Source of the DNA: Cyanidioschyzon merolae
Lineage: Eukaryota
NCBI GenBank assembly: GCA_000091205.1
Contig: AP006494.2
Direction: 5' to 3' (one strand)
Length of the DNA: 64,000 nt
Below are positions 20,488-32,177 of the stretch, one piece after another (the first letter of the stretch is position 1; the number at the start of each line of letters is the position of its first letter). Made by a program: the position numbers and the translations under genes. The notes beneath the pieces are model-generated. The model saw only the letters and a list, made by a program, of their open reading frames with translations. It made no database searches and was not told the origin of the DNA.

Positions 20488-22275
20488 ATGCCTCAGCTCG
20501 ATTCCTTTACAGGCCGGCGTTTGGTGTTCCGGGCCCCTTTGCTGACGATTACGGCACTCTACAAGGAGCACTCTACTCGGAAAGCGCTCCAAGGCGTTGC
20601 TGTTGCAGGCGGTGGCGGTAGTCAGACTCGCTCTGGCGTGCCAAACGGACTCTGGTTCGTATCCTTGCACCAGCTCGGGTGCGACTCGGAAACCGAAAAC
20701 CTGCTCTACCTCGCGCTGGAAGAGACACCATGCTATGTACACGCTGTGCCCGGACCTGGATATTGGCTTGTGATTATCGTTGCGGCTGCCTGTGTAGAGT
20801 TCGTAACCATATCAACGGACACCACAGCGCACACGCAGCAGCGCGGTCGAATTGCTGCCCCCGCAAGAAACCGTATTTCGCCTTCTGAAACCCGTAATGT
20901 GTCAACAGGACTCGTGTGGCGATGGATCGGTGCCGCAGGCCCCTGGTTAGCTGGCATCGACGAGGACGACGAGGCCCGCGTCTGGTTGCTGCACTGGCCC
21001 AGTGCACGACGCTTTGCAGAGCAGAAGCACCTGAATGACTCGCCCAATGCACCGTCGCTTCAGGCCTTGTACCAAAGCATTCGACTTCCCGCTGGTTTCC
21101 AGTTTGATACGAGCAACGCTGATGCTCCGCTCTGGGCATACTTTCGAATCGACGGTATGGACCGTCTCTCGAGTGGCGCCTTGTCAAGCGACGGATCGTG
21201 GCTTGCGATCACAGGCCTTGCAGCGGATACCGAAGATGCTGCTGCTGCTGCTGCTGCTGCCGTCCTTCAGCACGGAACCAAGAGCGACCAGAGGACGCAT
21301 CGTATCTCGGGACAAGCGCCTCGAGATGCCCGTTCGAGCGCCCGGCTCGCACTGGTCATTTTACCGCTGTACGGTGCCGAGTGCACTGACGCCCTGGGTG
21401 CAAGCGCACCGAAACCAGTGCGGGAGCATCCACCCGCACCTCGTGGCAACATGCTGATCCTCGCGAGCAAGGCACGTTACCGTCACCACCACCGGTGCTA
21501 CGAAGCATGCCGTTCGCAACTGCAACGCGGGCGTCGACATCGTCCTCGTGCACGTCTAGCGCCTCCGTCATCACCTGGACCATGTGTGTTTCTGGATGCG
21601 CACACCTTGATCACGACATTCTGGGACGGCGACGACGCTTCGACGACATTCGCACTATGGCAATGCGGTTCCTCGTCCCGAGACGCACGCCACCGGGAAG
21701 ACTGGAACCTGCGCCGCACTTGGAAGTTGCCGCAAGCACAGCCAGTTACGGCAATGGACTGGTTTGCACCCAATCCATCGTCCACGACACCAGCCCAGAT
21801 CGGTGTGCTCGCCGTGGCGCTGGTGAACGGACACGTTCAAGCGTGGATTGTGGAGGTGCCCTTTGGATGCACGACACGAGCACCGCTGATGTGTTCGAGT
21901 TGGATCCACGATAGCGGACGCATGACAGGACAAGTGCAGCGCTTCTCGCGGCGCTGGTTGCGAGCGGGAGCAGCGCCCCGCCTGGTGCACGGCCTGCCCG
22001 CGAGCGCGCTGCTGGTGCTACCTGTCGCCGAACACCGAAGCAGCGCTGTGGATGACCTCGTCGCTTCAGAACAGTCGCGCTCGTGGCTCCTCTTCTCAAC
22101 CAGCACAGACGGAACGTTGCTCTGTATCGAATTGCGACAAGCATTCGCGAGAACACTACAGCGACGTGCGTTACGATCCCTGATGTTTTACGTTTTCGTG
22201 CTAGGTATTGTGCGCCTGCTGATGAGCCCATGGGCCAGGCAAGACGTCATACGCCACGTCTCTGCTATCGAGTGA
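20488..22275 (+). CDS. Hypothetical protein (595 aa) with predicted C-terminal transmembrane anchor
   Basis: A long ORF in GC-rich context. The C-terminal hydrophobic stretch SLMFYVFVLGIVRLLMS is present, and a (GCT)n Ala tract lies at 21240-21265. No family recognised. Confidence 0.45.
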   Translation: MPQLDSFTGRRLVFRAPLLTITALYKEHSTRKALQGVAVAGGGGSQTRSGVPNGLWFVSLHQLGCDSETENLLYLALEETPCYVHAVPGPGYWLVIIVAAACVEFVTISTDTTAHTQQRGRIAAPARNRISPSETRNVSTGLVWRWIGAAGPWLAGIDEDDEARVWLLHWPSARRFAEQKHLNDSPNAPSLQALYQSIRLPAGFQFDTSNADAPLWAYFRIDGMDRLSSGALSSDGSWLAITGLAADTEDAAAAAAAAVLQHGTKSDQRTHRISGQAPRDARSSARLALVILPLYGAECTDALGASAPKPVREHPPAPRGNMLILASKARYRHHHRCYEACRSQLQRGRRHRPRARLAPPSSPGPCVFLDAHTLITTFWDGDDASTTFALWQCGSSSRDARHREDWNLRRTWKLPQAQPVTAMDWFAPNPSSTTPAQIGVLAVALVNGHVQAWIVEVPFGCTTRAPLMCSSWIHDSGRMTGQVQRFSRRWLRAGAAPRLVHGLPASALLVLPVAEHRSSAVDDLVASEQSRSWLLFSTSTDGTLLCIELRQAFARTLQRRALRSLMFYVFVLGIVRLLMSPWARQDVIRHVSAIE

Positions 22276-22632
22276 GCGGTATGCTCATGGACTCGTGGAG
22301 CGACGGAAGCGCCACCAGTGACCGCAACGTCTCGAGGGCGGTTTCGTTGGCTGCTTTCGCTGCGCTCGCCATTCTCCAGGACTCGACAACGACGACGACG
22401 ACGACGACGACGACGGGGAGAGCGGCTCGGTATTCACAACGGTTATAGTGATGGATCCGAGCTCTACGTCGTCGTCATCGAATATCTTCAGGTCGTCGGA
22501 AAGCAGCGAATCACTGCGCAGTGCGGGCAGCGGCTTTGGCTCAGGGATCAGCGGTCGTGGCGGCATTGCCTGAACGAGAGAGTTCCTCGTTGGCGTTGGA
22601 GGCAGCGCCAGCCGTGCTTCTTCAGGGCCGCT

Positions 22633-25600
22633 TTACGCTAGCTGTGTTTCCGTAGTTGGAGGTCCCGCTTCGTGAGCTGACCTGCCTGTGCGCTCTAGTA
22701 CCATTGCTTTGGGCGCAACATTGCTGGTGGCGGTGCTGTGCGCGAATGCAGTACGAGCAGCGGAGGTGCCGCTCCCCGTTCCGCCTGCAATGGGAGCGCT
22801 CGCGTCTACACCTGCAGACGATAACAACAACGATGACGACGACAAGGACGAGTCTGGCGGTGCGAGGGAAAGCGGCGAGCCCGGCGCGGACAGGGCTTCG
22901 CGTCGTGCCTGCTCTGCCGCTAGGTCGCTAGTCTCGGAAGTGGTATCTGGAGGTATCTCGGGGCTTGCGTTCGTGACGACTACTGGACCACGTTCGGCGT
23001 TATCCTTTTGCGAGGCGCTCTGGCGAGTCGCCTCTGTAGGATGTCGCACAGATGCGGGCAGAGCGGTCCGTTCCTGGTCCAGGTCACTTCCCAGGTCGCT
23101 ACGGGAACATGTGGATCGAGGTGCCGGGCTCAGATGTGCGCCCTGCGACGTATCCGCGTCGCCTTCGGGGTAAAATACACGACGTTCCGTAGGTGTCGTC
23201 AGCGGAGCGGTGAATGCAGGTGCTCGAGCCGCATGCACTGCCGCCGCCGACCCAGTCGGGGTACCGTTCCTCATCGCTGGTGTCGATGGATCGACGGCAG
23301 CGCTAAGGCTACCAGCACCAGCATCAGCATCAGCATCGGCATCAGCATCGGCTTCAGCGTCGGTGTCACCTTTGGATGTGCCACCAGTACTGGCACTCGT
23401 GTGAGCAATGCTATCACTCGATTCCACCAGGATTTCCACAGACGGAGCTACGACGAACGGCTCCGTCAGCGCCACCATGACAGCCTCTGCAACCTGAACG
23501 TCCTCCAGCGTAGCAGCAACATCGAGCAACGTGCGCCCGTGCACATCATTCCAGGCGGTTGGATCAAATGCTTCGGCGAAAACGGATCCGCGAAGCTTTT
23601 GCAGTGCAGCACGATCACCCGTAGCTACAGCGGCAAAGAGGAACTGCCACTGCTCTCGCACGGACATGTGCAAGAGAAGCGTTTCCTCGTACATGACGAG
23701 AAAGCGTGCAACAGCGTAGGCAGCATCTTCGTGACGCGCTGCATGATCCAATGAAGCATCGCTATGCAGCGGGACACGACGACGGGCGTTGCCCCGAATA
23801 CCTCGGATATCCGGTTCTCTCTGGAACTTGGACCGGTCGCTTCGGGGCTGCTCATGCGTTCCACTGCGAGCACTGAACGTAGGCGACATGCCCGTCACGA
23901 CCGGTTGCAGCATAGAGATCGACTCGCGCAGGATGCGCACCCCTAATGGACTCTGAACGAAACGCCGGAGGCAACCGGGCTCATGATCATGATCATCATG
24001 ATCATCATCAGGGAACTCCGTGATTCGCATCAGGGCGGCCACAACCGAGTCCTGTGCATGAGCCAGTGCTCGAAGCACCAGAAACAGGTCGAATTCGTCG
24101 AGCAGCTGGAGTTTGGCACCCCGTTCAATGAGCTCGATTACCGTCTGGATGCGCTGGAGCGACGCCATCGGCACTTGTTCGCCAATAGCGCTTGTATCGA
24201 GCGGCAATAATCGCTCGGGATGCAGCGGACGCAGTGCCAGCTGGAGCGCACTGAAGCCGTCCTTATCGGTAGCGTTCACGTCCACGTCCAGATCCCGAAT
24301 GCAGAGCTTCACGAGTTCAGCCTTGCCCTCAGCGGCTGCCAACAGAAGCAGTTGAGTTCGCTCTTTCATCGCCAGTTTTCGGCGGTAGACGCTGATCGAG
24401 CGGTTCAAACGGAGCAAACGTAGGGCCATTTCCGTGTTCCCCAGGACGAGTGCTCGCACGAGGATATCAGCTGTCGGGTCCAAAACAACCGGATGAACGC
24501 TCTCGTTCCGCTGACTACGGGTAACCGCTTCGAGGAATGCATCCATGGTGTTGAGATCGTTTCCTTCGACCGCACAAAGAAGGAGTTCGTTGAGATTCGC
24601 TTGGGATATAGCGAGGCCGAGCTGGAGCAACAGTTGCAACAAGATCGCGTAGCGCTCGCGGACAGACCAGTTCAGCATCTGTACCAGCAGCGGTTGCCGG
24701 ATAGAGCCCAGACCTCTGAGGAGATACGCCGGTGTCGCTTCGTTGGAGGCGTTGCCAGCCGACTGCCTCTGCAGCGAGGCATGCTGTATTCGCGCACTGG
24801 ACGCTGCACCAGCGCTATTCACTGAGACAGAACATGCCTCCTGTTGATGGGGTTCAGTGCCGAACATACGAGCCGGGGACTGCTGGTGCTGGTGCTGGTG
24901 CTGGTGCTGGTGCTGCGGCGTCGTGATGGTGATCCGTACAAAGGACGCGTCATCGCTGGGAGCTCCAGCTGGGCTGCGCTCGTCGAATGCTCTGATGCGC
25001 TCCCCTGGAAAGAAGGTCGCTGGGCTTGGCAAACCGTCGCTAATCCGCTTCGATGCCCGACTCGAGTCGTCATCCATGGATGAAACGCTGGAGGCGTCAA
25101 GGCCGTACCGTCCTCGACTGACCTGGGATGCACGACGACTGCCATGCTTCTGTTCATGGCCAGCAACTGCATCGGTAGCACTGCCTGCATTAGGTGCTAC
25201 GGTCCCTGCATGCTCCCTGGTGCTGTTCGCGACCGGAGCACGCACGTTCAGTAGCTCAGTAAGCAAGGCAGCGGCCTTGTCGCGGGTGATTCCTTCCTCC
25301 ATCCGGTTATGGTAGATCAAGACCGTATTTTGTCCAATGCATGCCTCCGGTGCTCGATGAAGAACCGATGGATACCTCGCGCCAAGGAACCCAACGAGCT
25401 GAACGTGGCCGTACTGAACAGCGAGCCGCAAAAGCTCGATGAGCAGCTCATCACGACTCGAAGTATCCGTTGCAAACTCTCGAAAGAATAGCCGGATAGC
25501 GTCATGGAGCACTGCTAGATCGCCGTGCATCGCCGCTATGCGAGCGAGCTCACGCAGGTCAACGTCGCTGAGTTGCTGGAACAGCTCCATACAGGTGTGA

Positions 25601-27816
25601 GCTAGATCAGTCGTCTCTAGTCCGGTACCATATTTGTCGTCATAAAGTGCTTCGCACACCAGGCGATGCACTGAAAACAGCAAGGGAAACTGTCCTAGGC
25701 GGGCGGCTTTGGCCAGATTGACACTGAGCTCGGTGATATTTCTTAGTCGTCGCTGCTTGACGAGCAGCAGTTGACGCGCGAGCTCCTCATCGCCTTGCTC
25801 AGCGCAAGCATCGACTAGGCGAAATGCATCGGCGTCCGAGAGTACTGCAAGTATCTGGGCAGCGCTCTGATCTTTGCGACTCGTATCGATGGTGGCGTGT
25901 TCCAGGAGCAAGCGTACGCAGCTCAAGTTGGCACTGGGAATGACTCGACACAGCGCCTCCTGCAGTGTCCAGTCCCAGAGTTGCGGATACTTGCGGTACG
26001 GCTCCTGGTTGCGTTCCTGGGCCAGGAGGATACGGAGCAGCGTTGGCTCGCCGCGCTCGGCGCTCTGGAACAAGGCATGCTGCTCGTTGCGCAAGAGCAA
26101 CTGCCCTAAACGGATAACATGATGATGCGCAGCCCATTGAAGGAGGTTTGCGGATTGGAGCGCACACTCCTGAAACACTTTCTGGAGTGCGCTGTCGAAG
26201 GATGCATCCGCGGGCAGGCTGACACCGTCTTCCCGCTCGCCGCTGCTGGTAACGACCTGCTCATGGAGGCATGTTGAAGGCGTCGCTAAGAGTTGCTGCA
26301 CAAGCTGCACGATTAGGTTTTGATCTAGCGCATCTGGTTTCAAGGGCATTGCACTGAACTCCAGCTTCTTTTCTGTTTTCAAAAGCTCACAGCAGAGCAT
26401 GCCCAGTAGATGTGCATTGTGCGCAGCCGCAAACGGGAAAGTGCGCAGCACGTGAAGCAATGAAGGTGCAGGATGCTGGACTGCCCAGCGCATGCACTGA
26501 GCGCACACAGTATCGAACTGGGACGGATCGATTTGCAAGGCCCCTTGTCGCCCTCTGAAACGCTCCAGGATCTCTGCACACACATTTCGAACAGATTCTG
26601 AAGCACCGGTTTTCCAGCTGGACTCGAATAGACAGAACAGCGTCTGATCCGCGAGTTGAGATTCCATCGAGCGTTGAATTGCTGGATCCATCTTTTGAAC
26701 TGTTTCGTACAGAACAAGGAGCGAGGAGACATATCCCGCGTTTGCAAGCAGGTCCGCAACCAAATGCAAATCAGCGCGATGCTGCAACTGCAGCAACAGC
26801 GCATAGAGGCCATTGGCTGCTTCTGGACGAACCTGTTTCTCGTCGTGCGTACAAGCACGAATGATACCATCGAACATCACTGGGGAGCGTGCAGCTGCTG
26901 CTCTGTTCCAGAGCCAAACTCGCGTCGATAGGGTAAACTGTGTGTACGGCAAGCTCTGGATATCGAAGTGGTAGTGCGTGAACAACCAGTCGGCGGCATG
27001 CTCATGGTGGACCTCGACGAACCATTCGAGCATCAGCGGCGGAACCGGGCACAGAACGCATGTCAGAGCATCCAGTACACGTTCTTGGAAACCTTTATCA
27101 TGCGCCTGGTCATCCAAAGCAGAGGTATCGAGATCCGTTGCAGTTGCTGGCGAGTCGCTAGGCACCGACGGTGTTGCCGGAGCGAGCAGTGCACGCACCA
27201 TGTCCTCATCGGTGACGCGGGCGCTGGGAGCTTCAGATGCCACGAAATTTCCCGTATCTTTGTACCGCATCGTCCGATGATAGGCTCGAAGGAGCATCTC
27301 CGCCAGGAACAGCGGCTCGTGGAGCCGCTTTACTGGCGCGTTTCGCAGGATCCGTACTACGCCCGGCTCTTCCATATCGATTGCCTGCGTCATACAGGTA
27401 GTCCATGTGTCGCGGGGAATCTCAGAGGGGGCTAGGGCACGCTCCGACGCTGTCGCTACCACTTGCGTCAACACATCCATACGCTGTGCCGCTGGCTGGT
27501 TGGCCTCAGCGGATCCAGTGCAGTACCGTAATAAGACAGGCATCGTCCGTGAGAGAGATACTTCCTTCAAAACATGAGGATACTGGTAGCAAAGTTGGAA
27601 AAGGGCGTCATACCGCTTTTTCTCAGCTAACAGGTCAGCAACCTTGGCGAGGCGCTCGTATTCGAGGCCCTTGCGCCGGATATAGACCAGACGCTCCAAC
27701 GCTGCAACATTGCCAGCTCGAAACGCGCTTGCCCAGACCTGACGCAACTCTTGGTTACTTGCAGATTCTGGGTCTTCGATGATACGAAGCGCTTCCGCGT
27801 CAAAGGTTCCGGTCAT
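22633..27816 (-). CDS. Large (1727 aa) ankyrin-repeat-containing protein with low-complexity tracts
   Basis: An uninterrupted 5.2-kb ORF. Ankyrin-like repeats (GKAELVKLCIRDLDVDVNATDKDGFSALQLALRP, LLEHATIDTSRKDQSAAQILAVL). Poly-HQ (QHQHQHQHQHQ) from (GGTGCT)n at 24881-24915, and DAEADADADADAD from (GCATCA)n at 23316-23366. Confidence 0.7.
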   Translation of the reverse strand: MTGTFDAEALRIIEDPESASNQELRQVWASAFRAGNVAALERLVYIRRKGLEYERLAKVADLLAEKKRYDALFQLCYQYPHVLKEVSLSRTMPVLLRYCTGSAEANQPAAQRMDVLTQVVATASERALAPSEIPRDTWTTCMTQAIDMEEPGVVRILRNAPVKRLHEPLFLAEMLLRAYHRTMRYKDTGNFVASEAPSARVTDEDMVRALLAPATPSVPSDSPATATDLDTSALDDQAHDKGFQERVLDALTCVLCPVPPLMLEWFVEVHHEHAADWLFTHYHFDIQSLPYTQFTLSTRVWLWNRAAAARSPVMFDGIIRACTHDEKQVRPEAANGLYALLLQLQHRADLHLVADLLANAGYVSSLLVLYETVQKMDPAIQRSMESQLADQTLFCLFESSWKTGASESVRNVCAEILERFRGRQGALQIDPSQFDTVCAQCMRWAVQHPAPSLLHVLRTFPFAAAHNAHLLGMLCCELLKTEKKLEFSAMPLKPDALDQNLIVQLVQQLLATPSTCLHEQVVTSSGEREDGVSLPADASFDSALQKVFQECALQSANLLQWAAHHHVIRLGQLLLRNEQHALFQSAERGEPTLLRILLAQERNQEPYRKYPQLWDWTLQEALCRVIPSANLSCVRLLLEHATIDTSRKDQSAAQILAVLSDADAFRLVDACAEQGDEELARQLLLVKQRRLRNITELSVNLAKAARLGQFPLLFSVHRLVCEALYDDKYGTGLETTDLAHTCMELFQQLSDVDLRELARIAAMHGDLAVLHDAIRLFFREFATDTSSRDELLIELLRLAVQYGHVQLVGFLGARYPSVLHRAPEACIGQNTVLIYHNRMEEGITRDKAAALLTELLNVRAPVANSTREHAGTVAPNAGSATDAVAGHEQKHGSRRASQVSRGRYGLDASSVSSMDDDSSRASKRISDGLPSPATFFPGERIRAFDERSPAGAPSDDASFVRITITTPQHQHQHQHQHQQSPARMFGTEPHQQEACSVSVNSAGAASSARIQHASLQRQSAGNASNEATPAYLLRGLGSIRQPLLVQMLNWSVRERYAILLQLLLQLGLAISQANLNELLLCAVEGNDLNTMDAFLEAVTRSQRNESVHPVVLDPTADILVRALVLGNTEMALRLLRLNRSISVYRRKLAMKERTQLLLLAAAEGKAELVKLCIRDLDVDVNATDKDGFSALQLALRPLHPERLLPLDTSAIGEQVPMASLQRIQTVIELIERGAKLQLLDEFDLFLVLRALAHAQDSVVAALMRITEFPDDDHDDHDHEPGCLRRFVQSPLGVRILRESISMLQPVVTGMSPTFSARSGTHEQPRSDRSKFQREPDIRGIRGNARRRVPLHSDASLDHAARHEDAAYAVARFLVMYEETLLLHMSVREQWQFLFAAVATGDRAALQKLRGSVFAEAFDPTAWNDVHGRTLLDVAATLEDVQVAEAVMVALTEPFVVAPSVEILVESSDSIAHTSASTGGTSKGDTDAEADADADADADAGAGSLSAAVDPSTPAMRNGTPTGSAAAVHAARAPAFTAPLTTPTERRVFYPEGDADTSQGAHLSPAPRSTCSRSDLGSDLDQERTALPASVRHPTEATRQSASQKDNAERGPVVVTNASPEIPPDTTSETSDLAAEQARREALSAPGSPLSLAPPDSSLSSSSLLLSSAGVDASAPIAGGTGSGTSAARTAFAHSTATSNVAPKAMVLERTGRSAHEAGPPTTETQLA

Positions 27817-28040
27817 GGCGCTTGGACGGGGTCAGGTGTCGACGCCTTCCGAGAACAGGAGTATCATCCGCCCTCAACGGATGCGCCTCGGGGATTCCGT
27901 TTGAAATCAGGATTGCGGCGGGAGGTACAAAAGAACCTCTACATTTAGGGATATGATGGTATTTTGTTGGAAGCACGCGCTCGCTGTGATCTCGGCATCG
28001 CTGGTCGTCCAGCGATTCGGACTCTGGGCACGGGCGTAGT

Positions 28041-28067
28041 ACACACACACACACATATATATATATA
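28041..28067. repeat. (AC)n(AT)n dinucleotide microsatellite, intergenic
   Basis: acacacacacacacatatatatatata read directly. Confidence 0.9.
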
Positions 28068-29072
28068 CCCTGATGCGTCGACACGCATGCGAAGATGCCT
28101 CACGAGTGCTGGGAAGCAACGCAGGACTCAGTGGTTGGCATCGTTCGGGTTGATGCTCGAGGTTGCGGGAGCGTGGCATGCCCTGCGCCTAATGGAGGTT
28201 TACGCCCCGCTCGACTCGGGCGAGCGCGTTTTTGGATTGTGCTTTCCAGGCTGTAAGGATTGGGTCTCTGGTACCTTGCGGACGCGGTAAGAAGACGTAT
28301 GCTGGGTGCCATGATCGAGGAAAGTGATGCACTTTACTCGGCTGTGATTGTGATTGTGGTTGTGTGTGTAGCGGCGCCATGCAGATGCGTTCCCTGGCAA
28401 ACTTGAATAGCACTCAGGGCGAAGCAGAGCATGCGACTGCTGGCAGATGCCGAGCCCCGACAACTAGTGCTACAGCAAATCGAGGCACAAGGCTGTTCGT
28501 ATCTTTTGGGAGCAGAGAGTCGCCAATGATCCCGTGCACGGTGTCAGGGCGAATGCGCCGTGAAGTCCGCACCACCGGGCAGGTTGCGTAGGCAGCCTCT
28601 GCCTCAGTATCTCCCTCATATCCGAGAAAACGTGCGTCTGTTTTGCGATCGCCGTCAATGTATTGTAAAGCGATTTCAGAGAACGCCAGCGGTGCATCCC
28701 TCTTCGAGCCGCACATACAAACGTTTGCCTGGTTATGGCACCCTGCATCCTGCAAGTGACGACGACGACATGCTCGCTCCAACCGGTCGCCGTTGAAGTC
28801 TGTACACGAAACGGGCTGCGGTGCAGTGCCGGGTCTGTGCGCAGCCCGGCACGAAGTCACAAGTTTTCAGTATGAGCGCCCGGTGCGGGTGGCGCCTCGC
28901 TGCTGGCATCTGGGCAGAGGCGCTCGACCCGCGCCTTTCCAACGCTCGCGGACGCTTGGGTAAACACGCACCACCACAGCGCTGCTTCTACGCCTGCTTG
29001 CAGCACAAGGCGGCCTGAGGCGAGTTCGCTCGCGAAGCTCAACGCCAACTCGTTGTCAAAGACGTGTCTCGC

Positions 29073-29510
29073 TCACGATTCCTCCAAGTTGATTGCACTC
29101 CCAAACTTCCCGTATAGTCGCTTCTTGAGTTCAGACATGGTTCTAATGACCGACGCCCGCTGCTCCCGATGTTTTTCTAGGGAATCGTTTAATCGACTCC
29201 TCCGAATCGTTAGCTGGTGCTCCACAAACGTTTGCGGGACTCGAAAGAACGCACTACCGACACGCAGCTCTGCGGTCGCAAGCGAATCGCTTGGCGTGTC
29301 CTCAGTGCCCCTTTCCTCTGAAGCGTCTGTTTCTGGGTTCTCCATATCGTCGCCGAGACCGAGCATGAGCTCCTCTTCGGCGTCGTCCAGACCCTGGAGC
29401 TCACTCTCCTCGACTGCGATCCGTGCGCTAAGCTCGTTGCGTTCGTGGAGCAAACGATTGAACGTGCAGATTTCTTGGAGATCATCGGAAGTGACATCCA
29501 CTTTTGCCAT
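29073..29510 (-). CDS. PFDN4: Prefoldin subunit 4
   Basis: The N-terminus (QEICTFNRLLHERNELSARIAVEESELQGLDDAEEEL) and the C-terminal signature LKKRLYGKFGSAINLEES match the PFDN4 ending (..LYAKFGSNINLEADES). Confidence 0.75.
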   Translation of the reverse strand: MAKVDVTSDDLQEICTFNRLLHERNELSARIAVEESELQGLDDAEEELMLGLGDDMENPETDASEERGTEDTPSDSLATAELRVGSAFFRVPQTFVEHQLTIRRSRLNDSLEKHREQRASVIRTMSELKKRLYGKFGSAINLEES

Positions 29511-29884
29511 GTTCTCTTAAAGACTCGGTATAGGCACAGTGGGTGCGTCGTCCTTCGCCCCAGGAACCGGCTCGGTACGCACGCTGTCGCCCGTTGCGAG
29601 CACAAGTGCAAACCCAGCTGCACAACGCGTATCACTGCGTTCTGCGTTTGCGCACACCGGGGATGCAGCGCAGCCGCTCGAGCACTCGGACGTACCACTG
29701 TGAGAGTCGTCTGCCTGGACGCAGTCGAAAGCGTCCCGTCGGATGAATATATGTTCTTGCTTGTCTCCCATCTTCTTCTTCGTGGTCGTATGCTCTTCTT
29801 TGCTCCATAATCGGAGACAAGAGGATTTTCCGGTTTTTCGGGCATCTGGGGGTGACGGCGCGCCAGGATCCTCTGCTTGCATGT

Positions 29885-30950
29885 CCATACCTATTACTTG
29901 GATTTTGTATTTCTTCAAAATAAACGCACTTGTTAATGCCCTTAGATAAGGACCTTTTCGGAGGCAGGAGGACCTGCGGAAGAAAGACGACTTGTGCTCG
30001 CGGTTTGTCCCCGCGGGCTGCACGCTTCAGCGATTCCTCCAGTGAAGCGATCATTATGTGTCACAACAGAGAACAAGCCTTCGATGGGGATGAACCACGG
30101 AGCGTACGGAGGAACCACAAGGAGGTCTAGCACCCAACAGAATCCTCAAAAGCTCGAATGCAAGGGAAACAGTGAGATGCCACGCTGTCCAATAGAGGAA
30201 CGTCGCCAGACGTCAGGGGTAAAGTCGTCAATCCTTTGATAAACTGGGTGCTATTATGTGAGCCTTCTCCACTGGGGAAACTGATGTCGCCACTTGAATC
30301 CACTGCAGCTAGAGCAGATGATGATGTCGTCGTTCTCATCGGGTTCGACTGTGCATACGACGGGCTCCCTCTCCACGAATACCCATATACGCTCCCACGT
30401 TTCGTCCGAAGAAAGTCCTATCAACAGAAAAAAGAAACCGACGATCCTGTGCTTCTCACAGATCGCGACGCTCGATAAACCCTCTCGTTGGGATTTCGGC
30501 AGCAGATAGCCGAGTGTGAACTAGGACTCTCTTCTTGCGACTGTGCCCCTGTGCGTTTCGTAGGACATGAACTAGCCGTAGAGAAACAGAGATTCCGGTG
30601 GTGGCTGCAATCATCGCTTTTATTTTCCGCAAGGTGAACAAAGAGTCGGTTTTGTACCACTGGCCGCAAACAGTGTTTAAGAATATCGGATTCTAACGCG
30701 GACCGCATACACTCCTCTCTTTCAGCGTTCCGCAACCATTTGAAGACTGTGGTATGACTGACCTGAAGGAGGAATGCAGTATTCCTTGCACTGTTCAGTA
30801 AACAATAGTTCTTATAGACGATTCGTCTACGATCTATACAATACATTGCATTGTGATTTCGACCGCCTACGATACACCGCTACGAGGAGGGCACGGTCGA
30901 GTGAAACAAACCTGAGTCAAAAGAATATATAGGTTCACACATCAAGATTG
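29885..30950 (-). mobile_element. Second copy of the composite repeat (HTH-like ORF 30846-30421 plus Fanzor C-terminal fragment remnant 30054-29890), truncated before RuvC-III
   Basis: MIASLEESLKRAARGDKPRAQVVFLPQVLLPPKRSLSKGINKCVYFEEI matches MIALVGESLKRTSHGDTLTHTVFYQQVLLPLGWFSPRHINKCVHFRKI at locus 1. DNA homology continues through 30421-30950. Confidence 0.55.
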
Positions 30951-31301
30951 ATCAACACCGCACTGGGCCGAATGCGCGTCATTGCTCAGCCATTCAGCAG
31001 AGCCCCACATACCATAGTGCTCGGATACCCAAGCACCCTACATACACCAGCGCTCTGTGTTCGATACCACGCTATATGCTGCTGCTCGGGATGCCGCTGG
31101 CGCCTGTGGCAGCGTCGCACCACAGCAGTGCATGCGCGCGCGCGCGCCATCGCGTTCATGATCAAAAGTCTAGGGATGCGGTTTCCGCTGTCATCACTAC
31201 GACTCGAGGCAAGCGTTATTTTTACCGCGTGCCGCTCTCGAGTGTTTGCTACGAGAACGAAACTGGTGCTACGGAAAGCCTCCGCTCAATATAGCTAAAA
31301 T

Positions 31302-32177
31302 ATGTTGAATTTCACGACGAGTGCCGTGCTGGTCACGCGCACCTGGCGAAGGCGTTGCACGGGCTGCCAGCAGGCGCCAAGCGTCGCCTACCGAAAAAGC
31401 ACCTGCTTTGGTGTTGCTGGTGTGCGACTCTGTGCAGAGTCGAGTCCACCGACACCGGCAGGTGCGGCGTCTTTGGAGAGATCTGCGGGCGCTGGAACCG
31501 AGACTGCTGATGGCGGTGTCTCTGGCAGCGGACAAGGTTTCACACCTTCCATTACGGCCGATAACGAGTCGCAGTACTATGCGACGCGTCTCGTTGTGAC
31601 TTGTCGCGACCGAAAAGGGTTGCTGAGTGACCTCACCGATGCGCTGAAGTCGATTGGTTTGCAGATTCGGCGGGCGGTTGCGCGTACAAAGGACGGCATC
31701 GCGAGCGATGAGTTCTTTGTTACCCGGGACGGATCGCAGCTTTCGGACACCGACCTCGATGCAGTGGAGCAAGCACTACAGCCGGTTATGGGTACTTCGG
31801 GTCCGACGTGCCCTGTTCCGCAGAACACTGAACGGCGCCTTCCGGCTCCGCAGTCCCCGGTGCGTTTCGTCGACCACAACCGAGGCGTCCACGTCTACGT
31901 GGATAATCACGCATCGCAACATTATACGACCATAACGGTGAATGCCCCCGACCGGCCGAATCTTCTCAACGAAATCATAGATGTCTTGCACGAGCTAGAG
32001 CTTAATATTACGTTCGCCTGCTTATCAACCTACGCGGATGAAAACAAGTATCGGCATGACATTTTTCACGTTACGACGATGAGTGGCGAGCAAGTTGACG
32101 CAGTACTGCGGGATGAGATCATGAATACGCTGTATTTTCTGCTAACTTCCCGAGAGTCGGATGAGCAATCCTTCTGA
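31302..32177 (+). CDS. ACT-domain repeat protein (two ACT domains) with N-terminal extension
   Basis: ATRLVVTCRDRKGLLSDLTDALKSIGLQIRRAVARTKDGIASDEFFVTRDG and HYTTITVNAPDRPNLLNEIIDVLHELELNITFACLSTYADENKYRHDIFHVTT are typical ACT beta-alpha-beta-beta-alpha-beta units (ACR/GlnD-like). Confidence 0.6.
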   Translation: MLNFTTSAVLVTRTWRRRCTGCQQAPSVAYRKSTCFGVAGVRLCAESSPPTPAGAASLERSAGAGTETADGGVSGSGQGFTPSITADNESQYYATRLVVTCRDRKGLLSDLTDALKSIGLQIRRAVARTKDGIASDEFFVTRDGSQLSDTDLDAVEQALQPVMGTSGPTCPVPQNTERRLPAPQSPVRFVDHNRGVHVYVDNHASQHYTTITVNAPDRPNLLNEIIDVLHELELNITFACLSTYADENKYRHDIFHVTTMSGEQVDAVLRDEIMNTLYFLLTSRESDEQSF